Part shown: positions 11,162 to 22,551 of the stretch, piece by piece
Numbering within the stretch: position 1 is the first letter of the stretch
Layout: each line of letters starts with the position of its first letter
NCBI GenBank assembly: GCA_003707115.1
Contig: PPNB01000001.1
Coordinates: 310,001-374,000, forward strand
DNA: 64,000 bases
Direction of reading: 5' to 3'
Source of the DNA: Tortispora ganteri
Lineage: Eukaryota
The notes under the pieces: generated by a model
The model's input: only the letters and a program-made list of their open reading frames with translations
Told to the model about the DNA's origin: nothing
Database searches by the model: none
Position numbers and translations under genes: made by a program

Positions 11162-11954
11162 TTAGCAGCATTTACCTGAGGAAGAAGAACCAGAGGAAGC
11201 TATGTTTAGTCCGCTTTGACCAATGGTGCTAGTGGGCATTCCAGTGTCAACAAGACGTTGCTTTATTTGGCGTGACAAGGAAAAGAAAGCCTCATCAACA
11301 TTTGTATTCGACTTAGCACTGGTTTCGATAAATGGAATATTTAGTCTATCGGCCAGTTCTTTGCCCTCATCATAACTAACAACTCTTGCGTCATCAGAAT
11401 CGCACTTGTTGCCCACTAAAATCTTATTGACATCATCTGCTGCGTGCTCTTGAACGTTCTGGTACCATGTTTGGATGTCTTCGAATGATTTCCTGTCCGT
11501 AACATCATACACGAGCAAGATTCCCATAGCATTACGGTAGTAAGCAGTAGTAATAGTGCGGAATCTCTCCTGACCGGCTGTATCCCAGATTTGCATCTTG
11601 ACTCTTTGTCCATCTAGGGGAACTGTTCGGATTTTAAAATCAATTCCGATCGTGGTAATAAAGCTTGGGGTAAATGAATCATCGGTAAATCTTAGAAGTA
11701 AACACGACTTGCCGACACCTATTTATTTAATTTAGCGGTTAGCATCCAATATCTTTAAAAAAATGTTTAACTGCTTAACTGTTCAGTGCGTCGGAAGTGC
11801 AACGATACAGATGCTCGATATATAACCCCTTTTTCGGAGTGACGCCTCCTTTTCAAGCACCATCAACGCACTGATTTCAAACAGCTTAGTACTTACCTGA
11901 ATTGCCAACAAGTAGCAACTTGATCAGTATATCATAGTTTCGAGAATTGCTCAT
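11162..11954 (-). CDS. SEC4: Rab8/Sec4 GTPase, 204 aa; exons 11954-11897 and 11718-11162
   Basis: Splicing GTAAGT...GCTAAC...TAG gives [58 protein letters not shown]. Confidence 0.92.
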
Positions 11955-12175
11955 GGTCGATTTTTGTCAATTTGCAGAGTATTAGGCAAATAACTGGGCC
12001 GTCCCCGTATAAAAGGTAAAGTGGTGGTTAGTGGTGGTAAGTGTTACCCTTCTTATAAAAGCCACACTTCCACATAGAAATTGCTATCGCAGCTTGGGAC
12101 TTTCCGGGGCCCAAGGGTTAAAATTGACTAAAAAAGCTTACAGTCACGTGTGCATTTAAAATAAAACTCATGAAC

Positions 12176-14086
12176 TCATATGTACATACGCCAGATCCTT
12201 TCGATTGTTGCTTTCTGACGGGACGCCCCCAGGTTAATATTCTCTAAGTCTCTCAGATCATCAATCCAGCATCTGCGTAACGACGGTTTTATGGCATTGC
12301 TCATAGACCTCAACACATGTACATTACACAGTATCAGACCCTGTACATGATAAGGTAAGCGGAGGGATAACGAGTCTGCGGTCATTAGAGTGGACCGCTC
12401 AATCGCTCTGAGCGTGATGACGATCTTTTGCCTATCACGACTTCTTGATCGGATACCTCGCCCAGTGATCGTTACATATATCCACTTTAAGGTGAGATAA
12501 GTGACGATTAAACTTGGGCTAGCACCTAACGCACCAAAAAGTAAGCTTTGGCTTTGAAGTAAGTCATCAATACCTGTCATGGCTAGCTCAACATCGACCT
12601 TGGTTTTCTGCATCTGTATCAGCAATGTTCTTAGTAAGTCACCGGATATTGTACCCTTTATTGGCCTTTTTATGTCTGTCTCATAGCTTTGTAGCACTAA
12701 TGACAAGTCTCCTTTGTGAACTCTTTCACGTAAAAGTTGAATATCTGCTGACGACGGATCCGCACCTGTTTTTTCAACTGCGAAGTCAACAACCATCCGC
12801 TCTAGACTTTGCATATCAGATGTAAGGCTCTGTTTGCTTATAAGTGCAATGCGATTTGATTCAATATGTCTAATAGTGCGAATCATTCCTTTGATGGGAT
12901 CGATTACCCAATTTTGCCAAAAATCTTCCAGCGTTCCAGCAATATCAAAAATCCATTGTTTGAGTTCAGCTTGCCTGTTGGTAACGAATTTCAATATCGA
13001 AGATCCAGAAAACGACACTACCAAAAGTGTGGGCCAATGACGCAGCATGAACGACGGTTTGCCATTCATCTTAATTACAGATGACTGTGCTTCAATAATC
13101 TTGGGAAAAACTTCAGAAGATATTTCAATTATTCTTTCTGCAACTTTAGACGGGGAAGAAAGACGGCTACTACCGTTACTTTTAGGCATAACATTGGATA
13201 TAAAGTCCTGAATGTCATGTACTTCGTCGATCTTGATCGTTGCTTCAACCATCTCCCCTATGTTTTCCACGCCATCGCTAATTGCACGTCTCCAGTCGCT
13301 TTGGGCATCAAGATCAATACCGCTATCTACAAGATACCCTAGAGAAGCAGCTTGAAGTTCTAAGAGAGTTCTTAAGCGTCTCCGCTTCAGATGAATCTCT
13401 TTCCTTATTATGGGTACAGGCCAAAACAGTAAGCTAACCCAAGAGACTACACCTTGTGGTATAGCGGACATCATGTCACGCTTTCTGCAGACTATTGCCT
13501 CCTTAAATACATGAAACCACTTTTTCAGTTTAGCCCATAAGGATCCTGAAAATACGTTGGTGACATCATCGACAGTGACGGCATTAGCGCGACGCACATG
13601 TGTACGCGCCTCTGTGAAAACTTCACGGGCCAATTGCATTCCACGAAGTGGCGCAGTTTGAAGCGAGTAATAAAGTAGACGGTTAGGCATAGAAAGGACC
13701 TGGTCCCAGTAATATATGTCTTCCGATACAGGCAGAGTTCTATCTAGCAGCAAGTTCAAAGCGTTACCGTACAAGCTGATAGAAGCAGTACCGACAAGGA
13801 CCCATTCCATTTCGTCAATCGCTAATTCCGCCTCAGATAAAGACTTGCGCGGTGACTTACGCGAAGTAGATCCAGTTAAAGAGGCATGTTGAAACTCTTT
13901 GAGTGCGGAGACCAGGGTCGGAAGGGCGACAATGTTTGATGGTTTTGAGGTTAATCGACTTTGAATTGTTTTGAGACGATCAAGTCTTGCCTGGATATCG
14001 ATGTCTCTGATTCGCGGTAGTACAGGCGTGCAAAACTCCAATTGAGCAGTTAATGCCCTAATACGTTCGTCAGCCAATGTTTCCAT
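12176..14086 (-). CDS. NCA2: Nca2 (nuclear control of ATPase) family protein
   Basis: FWQNWVIDPI, SLERMVVDF, GDLLRTLLIQMQKTKVD, GIDDLLQSQ. Confidence 0.9.
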   Translation of the reverse strand: METLADERIRALTAQLEFCTPVLPRIRDIDIQARLDRLKTIQSRLTSKPSNIVALPTLVSALKEFQHASLTGSTSRKSPRKSLSEAELAIDEMEWVLVGTASISLYGNALNLLLDRTLPVSEDIYYWDQVLSMPNRLLYYSLQTAPLRGMQLAREVFTEARTHVRRANAVTVDDVTNVFSGSLWAKLKKWFHVFKEAIVCRKRDMMSAIPQGVVSWVSLLFWPVPIIRKEIHLKRRRLRTLLELQAASLGYLVDSGIDLDAQSDWRRAISDGVENIGEMVEATIKIDEVHDIQDFISNVMPKSNGSSRLSSPSKVAERIIEISSEVFPKIIEAQSSVIKMNGKPSFMLRHWPTLLVVSFSGSSILKFVTNRQAELKQWIFDIAGTLEDFWQNWVIDPIKGMIRTIRHIESNRIALISKQSLTSDMQSLERMVVDFAVEKTGADPSSADIQLLRERVHKGDLSLVLQSYETDIKRPIKGTISGDLLRTLLIQMQKTKVDVELAMTGIDDLLQSQSLLFGALGASPSLIVTYLTLKWIYVTITGRGIRSRSRDRQKIVITLRAIERSTLMTADSLSLRLPYHVQGLILCNVHVLRSMSNAIKPSLRRCWIDDLRDLENINLGASRQKATIERIWRMYI

Positions 14087-14167
14087 TGATTATTGACGAA
14101 GTCTTAGAACTTAGGCCTTTCCCAAACTTCCCAAACCTCACAATAACACCACACACCACACCAAGCC

Positions 14168-17100
14168 ATGTTCAACAGAATATCACAACTAGGTAAATCA
14201 ATAACTGAAGAATTAGAACAGGTAGTAGGTGACTCACCCAGATCAAAGAAAAAGCAACATACACCGGATGTCAAGTCTCTTGAAGTATTGTTTGATAACG
14301 AAGACAGCGATGAGCAATCGGGTACAACTGATAGCCCAGCCGAACAGACTCCTGATTCTGCCAATTTACCGACATCCGCTACTCTAGATAACGTAACAAA
14401 AATATCTCCCGAAGCTTTGAATAAAAAACTAAAGAGATTAGATAAGTTTGAAGAGAAATACCCACAGTTGTTGCAGGCATACAGATCAGAAAAAGCAAAA
14501 ACCGCGCAGGTCGAGAAATTCGAGAAAGTCCTTAAGGAAGCCACTCCTTGCAGTTCAATCTCCGAGCCTGAAATTTTACAAGAGTATCTCAACAGCTCTA
14601 CATTAAGATATGATATGTTACAAGAAGAATTGCGTCGCGTTACTACAGAACTGAGCGATCTGAAGAAACAGCAAGCTAATATCAGCCCAACTAAGTCAGG
14701 CCCTCAGCCTTCCATATCCACAGAGGCAATTTCTAATGTTAAAGCCCGCGTTGATCACGCAATTGAAATCTTGAATGCTCAAATCTCAGCTATGGATTGC
14801 AATCCCTGCGGTACGGTGGATAGTATATCCGTCGCATTGGGTAGTAGGAAAACAAAACAGCTTAAAGCATTGGCAGATATTAAGGCCTGTACGTCTACGC
14901 TAACAAGCTTATCAGAATCTGTAATATTAAATCCTACCCTCAGGGAAATGTTACAGAATTTCAAAGATGATATCAAGGAATCACGAAGCACATTGTCTGA
15001 TATCACCACTAAAGTGGCATCGTCCCAAAAACTCATACAAGAAGCTTACAATAGAACTAGTACCTCTACAAACTTTGAAGAACAACTAGATGGTGCTGCA
15101 AAATCTCTCCAGGAAACAAAACAGCAATTGACTGTGTCCAATAGAAAAGTCGATGACCTCGAATCACTAATCAATACGCTCAAATCTGAAAATTCGGACC
15201 TTCAAGAAGAAGTCCAACGACTCAATGACTTAGTAACCGCTTCAGCAGAAAAACAGCTCGCCTCAGAGCAAAATATTCGAGACTTAGAAGCTAAAAGTGC
15301 GAATACTGACATTCCTGTTACTACGTCTACCAACAAGAATAAATATCAAGCGAAGAAACAAAATCAGAAAAGGAGTAAGAAGCAAGGTACCAAAGTACAA
15401 AGTAACTTTGCCGTAACTCAAACTGATATACAAGCTGAGTTGGAAAGTAGTCGTGAACGTGAAAAGAAAGCGAGCGAGGAATTGGATGAAGTTAAGGAAA
15501 TGCTTAAAGAAGTGGGTCAGTCTTTGGTTGAAGCTCAAGACGAAATTAAAGAACTCAAAGAAAAATGTAAAGAGCTGGAAGATCATAAGACAGAAATTGA
15601 GACGAAGCTACAGATAACTTTGAAAGAAGTTAACTCATCTGAAGATTCCGAATCGGCGAAAAGAGAGCTTGAGGCAACAGTGCACAAACTTAACAGTGAT
15701 TTGAAAGCTGCACAAATGGAAATATCCAACATTGAGAAATTGGAGAATACGCTATCTGAACAGAGAATACGGATAAGTCAACTGGAAACAGAACTTGAGC
15801 GAGTCTCTAAATATGAAGAAGAACGAAGCTCTTTACTTGCTGAACTAGAAGCAGTGAGCTCGCAAAATCGGCAATACTTAACTAAAGAGAAAGACTTATT
15901 GCAAAATCTCGAAGAGGCATCGAACGGAAAGATGCGAGCCAACACCGAGCTTGATAAACTATCATCTGAAATGTCCGTTTTATCTGAGAAGATGTTAGCA
16001 CTCAAAGCAGATAAAGAGAAAGCCGCCAAGGAGACCGAAGAAATTTCCGCAAGAAATTCTGAGCTTTTAAGTAGAATCAAGGTCCTTGAAAATAATGCAA
16101 ATGACTATTCTAAAGCGCAGGAAATTATTGTCACATTTGAACAGGAAAAGGCTGCCTTAGAAGGTAAAGAAGATGAACTGAAGAAGATTATACTTGAAAA
16201 GAATGATTATATATCTAAGCTGAGCAAAGAGCTGGAAGAATTGAAAGACGCGACTAACTCTCATGAGAATTTGCAGAAAGCGAATGATACTCTCAAATCT
16301 GAGAAGTGTCATTTGGAAAAGGAACTGGAACACATGAACAAATACATTGCTGAAAACAAATCTAAAATCTCAGAGTTACAAGAGGAGAATAAGAACTTTA
16401 ACGATCTATGTTCTCAACTGACAAATAATACCAGTAAGTTGAAACAGAAGTTGTCAAACTGTGAAGTTGAACTCAAAATCGCTATTGAAGACAAGAATAA
16501 GCTTTCAAAAACCATCAATAAGCTGAATAATGAAATAGATATCATGGGAGACAAGATTGAAGCAAGTGAAAATGCAAGACATAAACTGAACCGGGAGAAA
16601 TCTCGCCTACTGGAAGAATATTCTAATTACCGGTCCAAGACTGATGAACTCAAGCGAAAACTGGAAGTTTCTGAAAGTTTTGCTAAAGAAATGGAAGCCA
16701 AGAACAAAGATCTACAACGAAAAGCGGAGAATTTGCAAGAGCCGTTAGCCGAATTTGAGCAATTGCTAGCTGAACGTAACCGCGAAATCCAAACAATTCG
16801 AAGAGTCTTAGCCGAGGAGAGGTCTCGATTCCACAATGAAATTGAAGATTTGAGAGCACAGTTGATACAACTCACAGAGAGCCATGAAGAGGAGGATAGC
16901 CGCACATTACAGAACGCTAATAGGTTGCACCAGGAAGTTGACTTGCTAAAGGAGACAAATGCTCTTAAACAACGAACAATTGACGAACAGTCTACGAAGA
17001 TAGATTTTATACAGGCTCAATTGAAAGAGGCTATTACGGGACAAGTATCGAAGGACAGAAATATAAAGGAACTTCTTGAACAGATTCAAGAGTCCAAAAA

Positions 17101-17530
17101 TGCATTCAGACAACTACGTTCCAGTTATGAAGAGATTGAGAAGAATCTTAGAGAGTCTGAGAAAAATAGACTCTCTCTCCGAGAACTTGTGGAAGATTAT
17201 CGTAAAAAGGAAGAATTACTCCGAGCCAGTCTTAAGCATAAGCAACAAGAGCTAACAGCTTTATCTGCTCGCAAACGTGCTGGATCTGCAGGTTCCAGCA
17301 GCGTACATTCTGATTCTGCGTCTCAAAGTCAAAGAGCACCTTCTGCACAGTCAAACCGATTGGGTTTAGGATCGATTTCTGAAGACAGCATGGCCATTGA
17401 ATATTCCAAGAACATTCTTCTCAGCTACCTCGAACAATCAGATAAGCGAGCACAACTTCTCCCAGTGATGCGATCTGTATTCCATTTCACACCCGGTGAT
17501 GAAAAACGGTTAGTTTCTGCATTGCGATGA
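14168..17530 (+). CDS. IMH1: GRIP-domain golgin (long coiled coil)
   Basis: About 1000 aa of coiled-coil composition; C-terminal EYSKNILLSYLE...QLLPVM..VFHFT GRIP motif. Confidence 0.8.
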   Translation: MFNRISQLGKSITEELEQVVGDSPRSKKKQHTPDVKSLEVLFDNEDSDEQSGTTDSPAEQTPDSANLPTSATLDNVTKISPEALNKKLKRLDKFEEKYPQLLQAYRSEKAKTAQVEKFEKVLKEATPCSSISEPEILQEYLNSSTLRYDMLQEELRRVTTELSDLKKQQANISPTKSGPQPSISTEAISNVKARVDHAIEILNAQISAMDCNPCGTVDSISVALGSRKTKQLKALADIKACTSTLTSLSESVILNPTLREMLQNFKDDIKESRSTLSDITTKVASSQKLIQEAYNRTSTSTNFEEQLDGAAKSLQETKQQLTVSNRKVDDLESLINTLKSENSDLQEEVQRLNDLVTASAEKQLASEQNIRDLEAKSANTDIPVTTSTNKNKYQAKKQNQKRSKKQGTKVQSNFAVTQTDIQAELESSREREKKASEELDEVKEMLKEVGQSLVEAQDEIKELKEKCKELEDHKTEIETKLQITLKEVNSSEDSESAKRELEATVHKLNSDLKAAQMEISNIEKLENTLSEQRIRISQLETELERVSKYEEERSSLLAELEAVSSQNRQYLTKEKDLLQNLEEASNGKMRANTELDKLSSEMSVLSEKMLALKADKEKAAKETEEISARNSELLSRIKVLENNANDYSKAQEIIVTFEQEKAALEGKEDELKKIILEKNDYISKLSKELEELKDATNSHENLQKANDTLKSEKCHLEKELEHMNKYIAENKSKISELQEENKNFNDLCSQLTNNTSKLKQKLSNCEVELKIAIEDKNKLSKTINKLNNEIDIMGDKIEASENARHKLNREKSRLLEEYSNYRSKTDELKRKLEVSESFAKEMEAKNKDLQRKAENLQEPLAEFEQLLAERNREIQTIRRVLAEERSRFHNEIEDLRAQLIQLTESHEEEDSRTLQNANRLHQEVDLLKETNALKQRTIDEQSTKIDFIQAQLKEAITGQVSKDRNIKELLEQIQESKNAFRQLRSSYEEIEKNLRESEKNRLSLRELVEDYRKKEELLRASLKHKQQELTALSARKRAGSAGSSSVHSDSASQSQRAPSAQSNRLGLGSISEDSMAIEYSKNILLSYLEQSDKRAQLLPVMRSVFHFTPGDEKRLVSALR

Positions 17531-17672
17531 TAGTGTGTAACATACCACGCAATGAGCTGGATAATAGTGTAATATTCCAATTTATGCCTGTCACGCCCAA
17601 GCTGAAAAACAATACAAAATAACATTACCAGATCTGATTTATAACCTACAAGCCCATTAGTAAATTCAAGAC

Positions 17673-19199
17673 CTATTTTTCTTCTAAGGTACCACCGCTA
17701 CCTTCCCATTTAGGTGTACCAATTTTAGCTCTGATAGTTGGTCCAAAGTAATGAATCAGAGAAAATCCAATCAAACATGGGAAGAAAGTAAGCATAGCTT
17801 GGATACCAAATGACCAACCATATCCGTTAGTGTCGACCCAGTCAGACGTAAACCAAGGACTGCAGAAAGCAGAGAAATTTAGCAGAACAGAATAGAATGT
17901 AATGACGTCCATGAAGTGATCAGGGAAGCAGTCGACAGCGTAGGCTGATATTGCAGCATTGCCCATTTGAATACCCCACCCAACCAAGAAGCTGGAAAAC
18001 TGTGCCCACATCCAGTGCCAATTACCTTCAGCCATGGCACCGAAGAGAGCTAGTCCAACTGCTGTGAGAATAACACCCGGGTACATAAGCCATAAGCGAG
18101 GTTCCGGAGTGCGAGGTAAACCACGTCTGACACGTTTATTCATAATGTAATCAGATAAAGTACCAGAACACAAAATTTCAGCTGCCAAAGTGCCAATTGC
18201 AAGTCCTAAAAACATAAGACCTTGGATACCAGCAGAATCATCAACAAAAATTGCGGGTATCATCGTGATAACGCAAATCATCCACCAATAACAGAAGAAG
18301 CAGAACAGGAACACAGGGAAGGACATTTGGACATAAGGAATGAGACGCAAGAAACGCCATAATGTATCCCACGGTTTCACAGGAGCAATACCGGGAATAA
18401 AAGTGAATGTCAATAGAGGTAGTTGCATAGTTCTTTTTAGTGTGATTTGATCAGGGGAAATGCCGGTATTGAGCTGAGAGACAATTTCTTGTCGTGGGTA
18501 GAGCGTTTCCCGCATGAAGATAAATTCAAGCACCAAAGCAAGTCCAAAAAATATAGCAACAAGCCAAGCGACCCAGGCAGAACCATGTGCAGAGACAAAG
18601 CCACCAATGAGTGGTCCAATGAAACAACCCATATCAATAGCGAGGACCCACAGTCCGACCTTCTGACCCCGCTCGTGCTCGAAGAAAATATCCTGGAGAA
18701 CAGCTAAGCCTATATTACTTGCAGGTGAAACACCAAATCCCATGAAAAAACGGGCAGTCATATAGCCCCCATAGCTATTAGTTGCAGCAGAACCGATGGT
18801 TGCACCAATAGCAATCAATGTGCCCAGTAGAAACACCATTCTGCGTCCAAAAGTTTCTCCCAGAGAGCCCCAGAACAAAGGTCCGACTGCTAAACCAAGA
18901 GCAGGGATAGCGAGAGTCCAGTTGACTTCTGCGTATGTGACATTAAACTGTTCCTGAAGCATAGCGAAAGTAGGAACAGTAGTGGTAGTGATATATGTGA
19001 ACAGAAAGTACATCCACATTACTATACCGAGAAGGACGTACTTTCTCCATCTGGGGAGATTCAAAGGGTCATAGGGGTCAATGGTAGGATGTGGTATGAG
19101 TTCCAAGCCATGTGCAGTCTCACCGCTGAATACCTGACCGATTGCATGGTCTTCTTCGACCTCTGGGTCGACAACGTGCTTTTCAGTATTTTTACTCAT
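17673..19199 (-). CDS. MFS transporter, DHA1/Hol1-like
   Basis: LIPHPT.DP.DPLN.P.WRK leader, GRR motif A, DIFFEHERG, PEPRL, multiple TM helices. Confidence 0.88.
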   Translation of the reverse strand: MSKNTEKHVVDPEVEEDHAIGQVFSGETAHGLELIPHPTIDPYDPLNLPRWRKYVLLGIVMWMYFLFTYITTTTVPTFAMLQEQFNVTYAEVNWTLAIPALGLAVGPLFWGSLGETFGRRMVFLLGTLIAIGATIGSAATNSYGGYMTARFFMGFGVSPASNIGLAVLQDIFFEHERGQKVGLWVLAIDMGCFIGPLIGGFVSAHGSAWVAWLVAIFFGLALVLEFIFMRETLYPRQEIVSQLNTGISPDQITLKRTMQLPLLTFTFIPGIAPVKPWDTLWRFLRLIPYVQMSFPVFLFCFFCYWWMICVITMIPAIFVDDSAGIQGLMFLGLAIGTLAAEILCSGTLSDYIMNKRVRRGLPRTPEPRLWLMYPGVILTAVGLALFGAMAEGNWHWMWAQFSSFLVGWGIQMGNAAISAYAVDCFPDHFMDVITFYSVLLNFSAFCSPWFTSDWVDTNGYGWSFGIQAMLTFFPCLIGFSLIHYFGPTIRAKIGTPKWEGSGGTLEEK

Positions 19200-19262
19200 T
19201 GAGTTTACACTACAGAGAAAATTGTCTCCAGCTCCAGATCGTGTTTCTTATATAGAGACCCA

Positions 19263-19481
19263 GATAAAAATTATTCAACCAGCTGCATATTGATAAGAAC
19301 TCCGTTAATTTATCATTGAGAAAAGAAATGGACTAATTAACCTTTTCGATCAACGTCCAGCTCCAATTGACGTTGTAGTACTGGTCGGTGATTGATTAAG
19401 ATAAAGATAAGTTCAAAATAAAGTTATTGATAAAGGTGGTGAAGCGGAAAAGTTGACGAATTAGTCAAAAGAAGCGTTATC
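19263..19481. promoter_or_regulatory. Cluster of seven GATAA/TTATC sites in divergent promoter
   Basis: Sites at 19263, 19292, 19310, 19400, 19406, 19429, 19477. Confidence 0.6.
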
Positions 19482-19869
19482 TTTTTAAACTTTTAACCAA
19501 TCACAACTTTGAAAGTCCTATCCATTTAAACCATACTCACTCTTGGCAAGCGTTTCACAAATCTCGTTACCGCTAGGCGCTAGCACATTCGCCAAACTCA
19601 ACACAATATTACGCTTATACGTCGCGTATTATGCGACTACGCGCAGATTTCGTATATATCGAAGGAGGTTTTGTCGCATCAGTCGATTTATACGTTGTTA
19701 TAGTGATAGCGAAGCTGTTCTTGCAGGTATTGTGATGCCTGGCATGATGTCTGGGTAATGTCTCATTGGTGGACGCGGTTGCCCACCCGCCGTCGGGCTT
19801 GCTAACGCAACTCACCCAGCAACAGAAATCACGATCAACAGCGCTTGTCATCCAGTTACACTAAGGCCA

Positions 19870-21276
19870 ATGATGCGCGTAGCGGTCATAGGTGGTGGTA
19901 TAGCCGGGATAACTGCCGCTAAAGAACTTGCAGGCAAGAAATTTCAGGTCACGCTTTTCGAAGCAAAATCGACTTTAGGTGGCAAGGTTGGTAGTACATA
20001 TCGGCCAAACCAGGCATGCTATGAATGAGTCAATATGCTAACAAACCAGACGTGCACATTGCAAAGCGCTATTCCGTTAGACTTAGGCCCCAATTGGATT
20101 CATGGAGATGACCCCAAACATAACCCAATTGTCAACTTGATTTCATCTGAAGTCCAGTTCCATGATTTCAATTCAAATAAGGAAACTCTGTTCGATCGCA
20201 ATGGTGAGACAATTGATGATCCACAATTAAAAGGCGTGATGTGGGAAGTGTTGGACGCAGCAATAAAGTTTTCTTACAAAAATACAGCCATAATTGATCC
20301 GAGCCTATCTTTGATGGACTTTGCTAAAACAAAATATACAGACCAGGTTATACTGGATTGCGTAACCAATTTTGGCAATTACCCAGGCATTGACGTACGT
20401 GATCAAAGTCTCAAGTACATTTTCTTAGAAGATTCCTGCCCTGGAAAGACATTGTTTGTTAAAGGTGGTTACAGTAAATTAGTTGACGTGTTGACAGATT
20501 CTCTACCGCAAACTGTTAAGATCATTACAAACACCAAAATCGAATCTATTACTACCGATGAAAACTCTGCTTCAATCACTTACAATAACGTATCCGAAAG
20601 TTTCGACGCAATTGTATGCGCATTACCTCTGGGTTCACTGAAATCTAACTTGATCCAAATCTCTCCTGCTTTGCCAAAACAAATCACACAGTTCTTTAGT
20701 CAGATAGGCTTCGGAAATCTTGAGAAAATTTATATCAGATTCTCATCCAAGTTTTGGCAATCAGATTTATACCAGTTCCCGGATAGCTTTGCATCTTGTC
20801 AAAGTGCAGTTGATGTTTTTGCAATTAGCGATGACCCACCTATGCTACTGATATACTATTCTGGAATCCTGGCGAGAAAACTGCAGCGTGATTTAGGACC
20901 GATACAGACCCCAGATTGGGATCCAAATTTGGCAGATAACGACTGGCCTATAGTCCTAAAATATTTCCATGAGCATTTTCAGGTAATAGGATACGTGCCT
21001 GATTTACACGAGATCAAGTCAATCGTTGCTACTAGATGGTTCTGTGATCCCCTAGCGGGATACGGATCGTACCCTAACTTTCCTACTACACTTAAAGACA
21101 TTGAACCACTCGAAGATCTGAAAAAAGGTTTGCCTCATCAAAGGTTATGGTTTGCCGGTGATTATACTGGCCCGCTGATTGCGATAAGTACTGTTACCGG
21201 GGCTTACCTGGGTGGGCAGAATGCCGCCGCAAGGATCAGCGACTATTTTCTCCCAATCAACACTGCAAACTCTTAA
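19870..21276 (+). CDS. FAD-dependent amine/polyamine oxidase (Fms1-like); exons 19870-19986 and 20050-21276
   Basis: Exon 1 encodes RVAVIGGGIAG..FEA..LGG (Rossmann). The 63-nt intron GTTGGT..GCTAAC..CAG has an in-frame stop. Exon 2 has DLGPNWIHG, GSY, WFAG, TVTGAY. Confidence 0.85.
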
Positions 21277-21293
21277 ATTCTCACCACAATATC

Positions 21294-22545
21294 ATGGACG
21301 AACACGTTGTCGCAAATGTAAGTACTCAAAACCATGTATTGGCTGTTGAACGTCAAATGCTAACATCAAAAATAGTTATGTGAGTTTTTATCTTCGCCTC
21401 AGGCTCAAATTCGTCAGTATGCTCTAGAACAGTTCACTGCTATTTCCGGGCAGGATAATTTCCCAGCTTACCTTACAGGTTCAACGCTTAAGAGTTTGAA
21501 GGTCATGGCTCTAGGCAATAACGACACCGCTAAATTGGCTGTAACCTGTTTAGTTAATGGGTGCCGAGATATCACTATAATTCACACAATCGCATCTGAC
21601 CTTTCATTTATTAAGGCTCAAGCAACTCTTGCAACTTCGGAGGACGATATAGCTGCTGATCTGCGAACTATGCTTCTTGCCAATTTGGCGAAAGACGATA
21701 AAATTGAATTTTTAGCTACGGCGACCACTACAAAAAAACGATCTTACACATCGTCAAGCCTTCTATTGGATCAGATGATAGAATGTTTCGTGCAAGGGGA
21801 GGGCAAAAAACTTAATCCGAACTCCGCATACGATCATTTCATTTTAGTTCTTTGCGATATTTCGCGATTCGAATCAGTACAAGATCATATAATGAACGGA
21901 AAAGCAACATTACCGCCAATAGTTAAGTTTTTCGGATACGTATCTTCGCCAAATGATTTAAGACGAATCGGATCAATAGCCCTTATAAAGAACTGTTTGT
22001 TTGCTTCAAGACATCATGATATGCTCATAAAGGACTATAACATCTTAGATATACTCGTGTATCCTTTGATTGGACCGGAAGAAATAGAGGATTTTTATAC
22101 CAAGACAATGTCTCCTTATGCTCAACGTCTTGTTGGTTCTAAAGCCAGGGAATCTAATATGACTGTCCTTCTAACCGCCCTTGAAGCTATTATGCTGCTT
22201 ACTGCCACCAGAAAAATCAGAGACTACATGAGGTTCAGGAAAATTTATCCTTTTATTCGTGAAGTACATAAATCTGTCCCAAAAGAAGAAGAGGATATTC
22301 TGCTAAAATGTGAAGAGTTAGTAAATGTCCTCGAAGCCGATGAAGAGCCTAAATTCTCAGCAGATCAAGAATACACTGGATGGTTACGCGGAACTCTTAG
22401 AAATGACGCTGAGCAACTTCAGTTACTGGATGAATTCTTGAGCAAACGGTATCCGATTCATGAAATTCAAAGCTCAGAGTCACCAATAAAGGAAGTTCAA
22501 GACGACAACTTTGAAGACGACAATATTATTTCGGAGATATTCTAA
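21294..22545 (+). CDS. HGH1: Hgh1 (eEF2 chaperone, DUF383/384); exons 21294-21317 and 21376-22545
   Basis: Intron GTAAGT..GCTAAC..TAG (58 nt); MLLANL, RRIG...IKNCLF, LEAIMLL, IYP.IREVH. Confidence 0.85.
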
Positions 22546-22551
22546 ACAGAA

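Noticed and set aside
11783..11874. Box C/D snoRNA in the SEC4 intron
   Set aside because: The C-like motif deviates (TTGATGG) and the CTGA is buried in the stem rather than flanked by it.
12096..12105. GGAAAGTCCC on the - strand resembling RNase MRP CR-I
   Set aside because: No matching CR-V motif, and it lies in the 220-bp SEC4 promoter with too little room.
19200..19260. HOL1-type polyamine uORF (MLLLPS*) in the MFS leader
   Set aside because: A TATA box lies only about 50 nt upstream of the ATG and no such uORF is present.
19740..19830. TPP riboswitch-like GGGTG...TGAGA on the - strand
   Set aside because: The pyrophosphate-binding half (TGATC..GATAAT..C.GCG) is absent.
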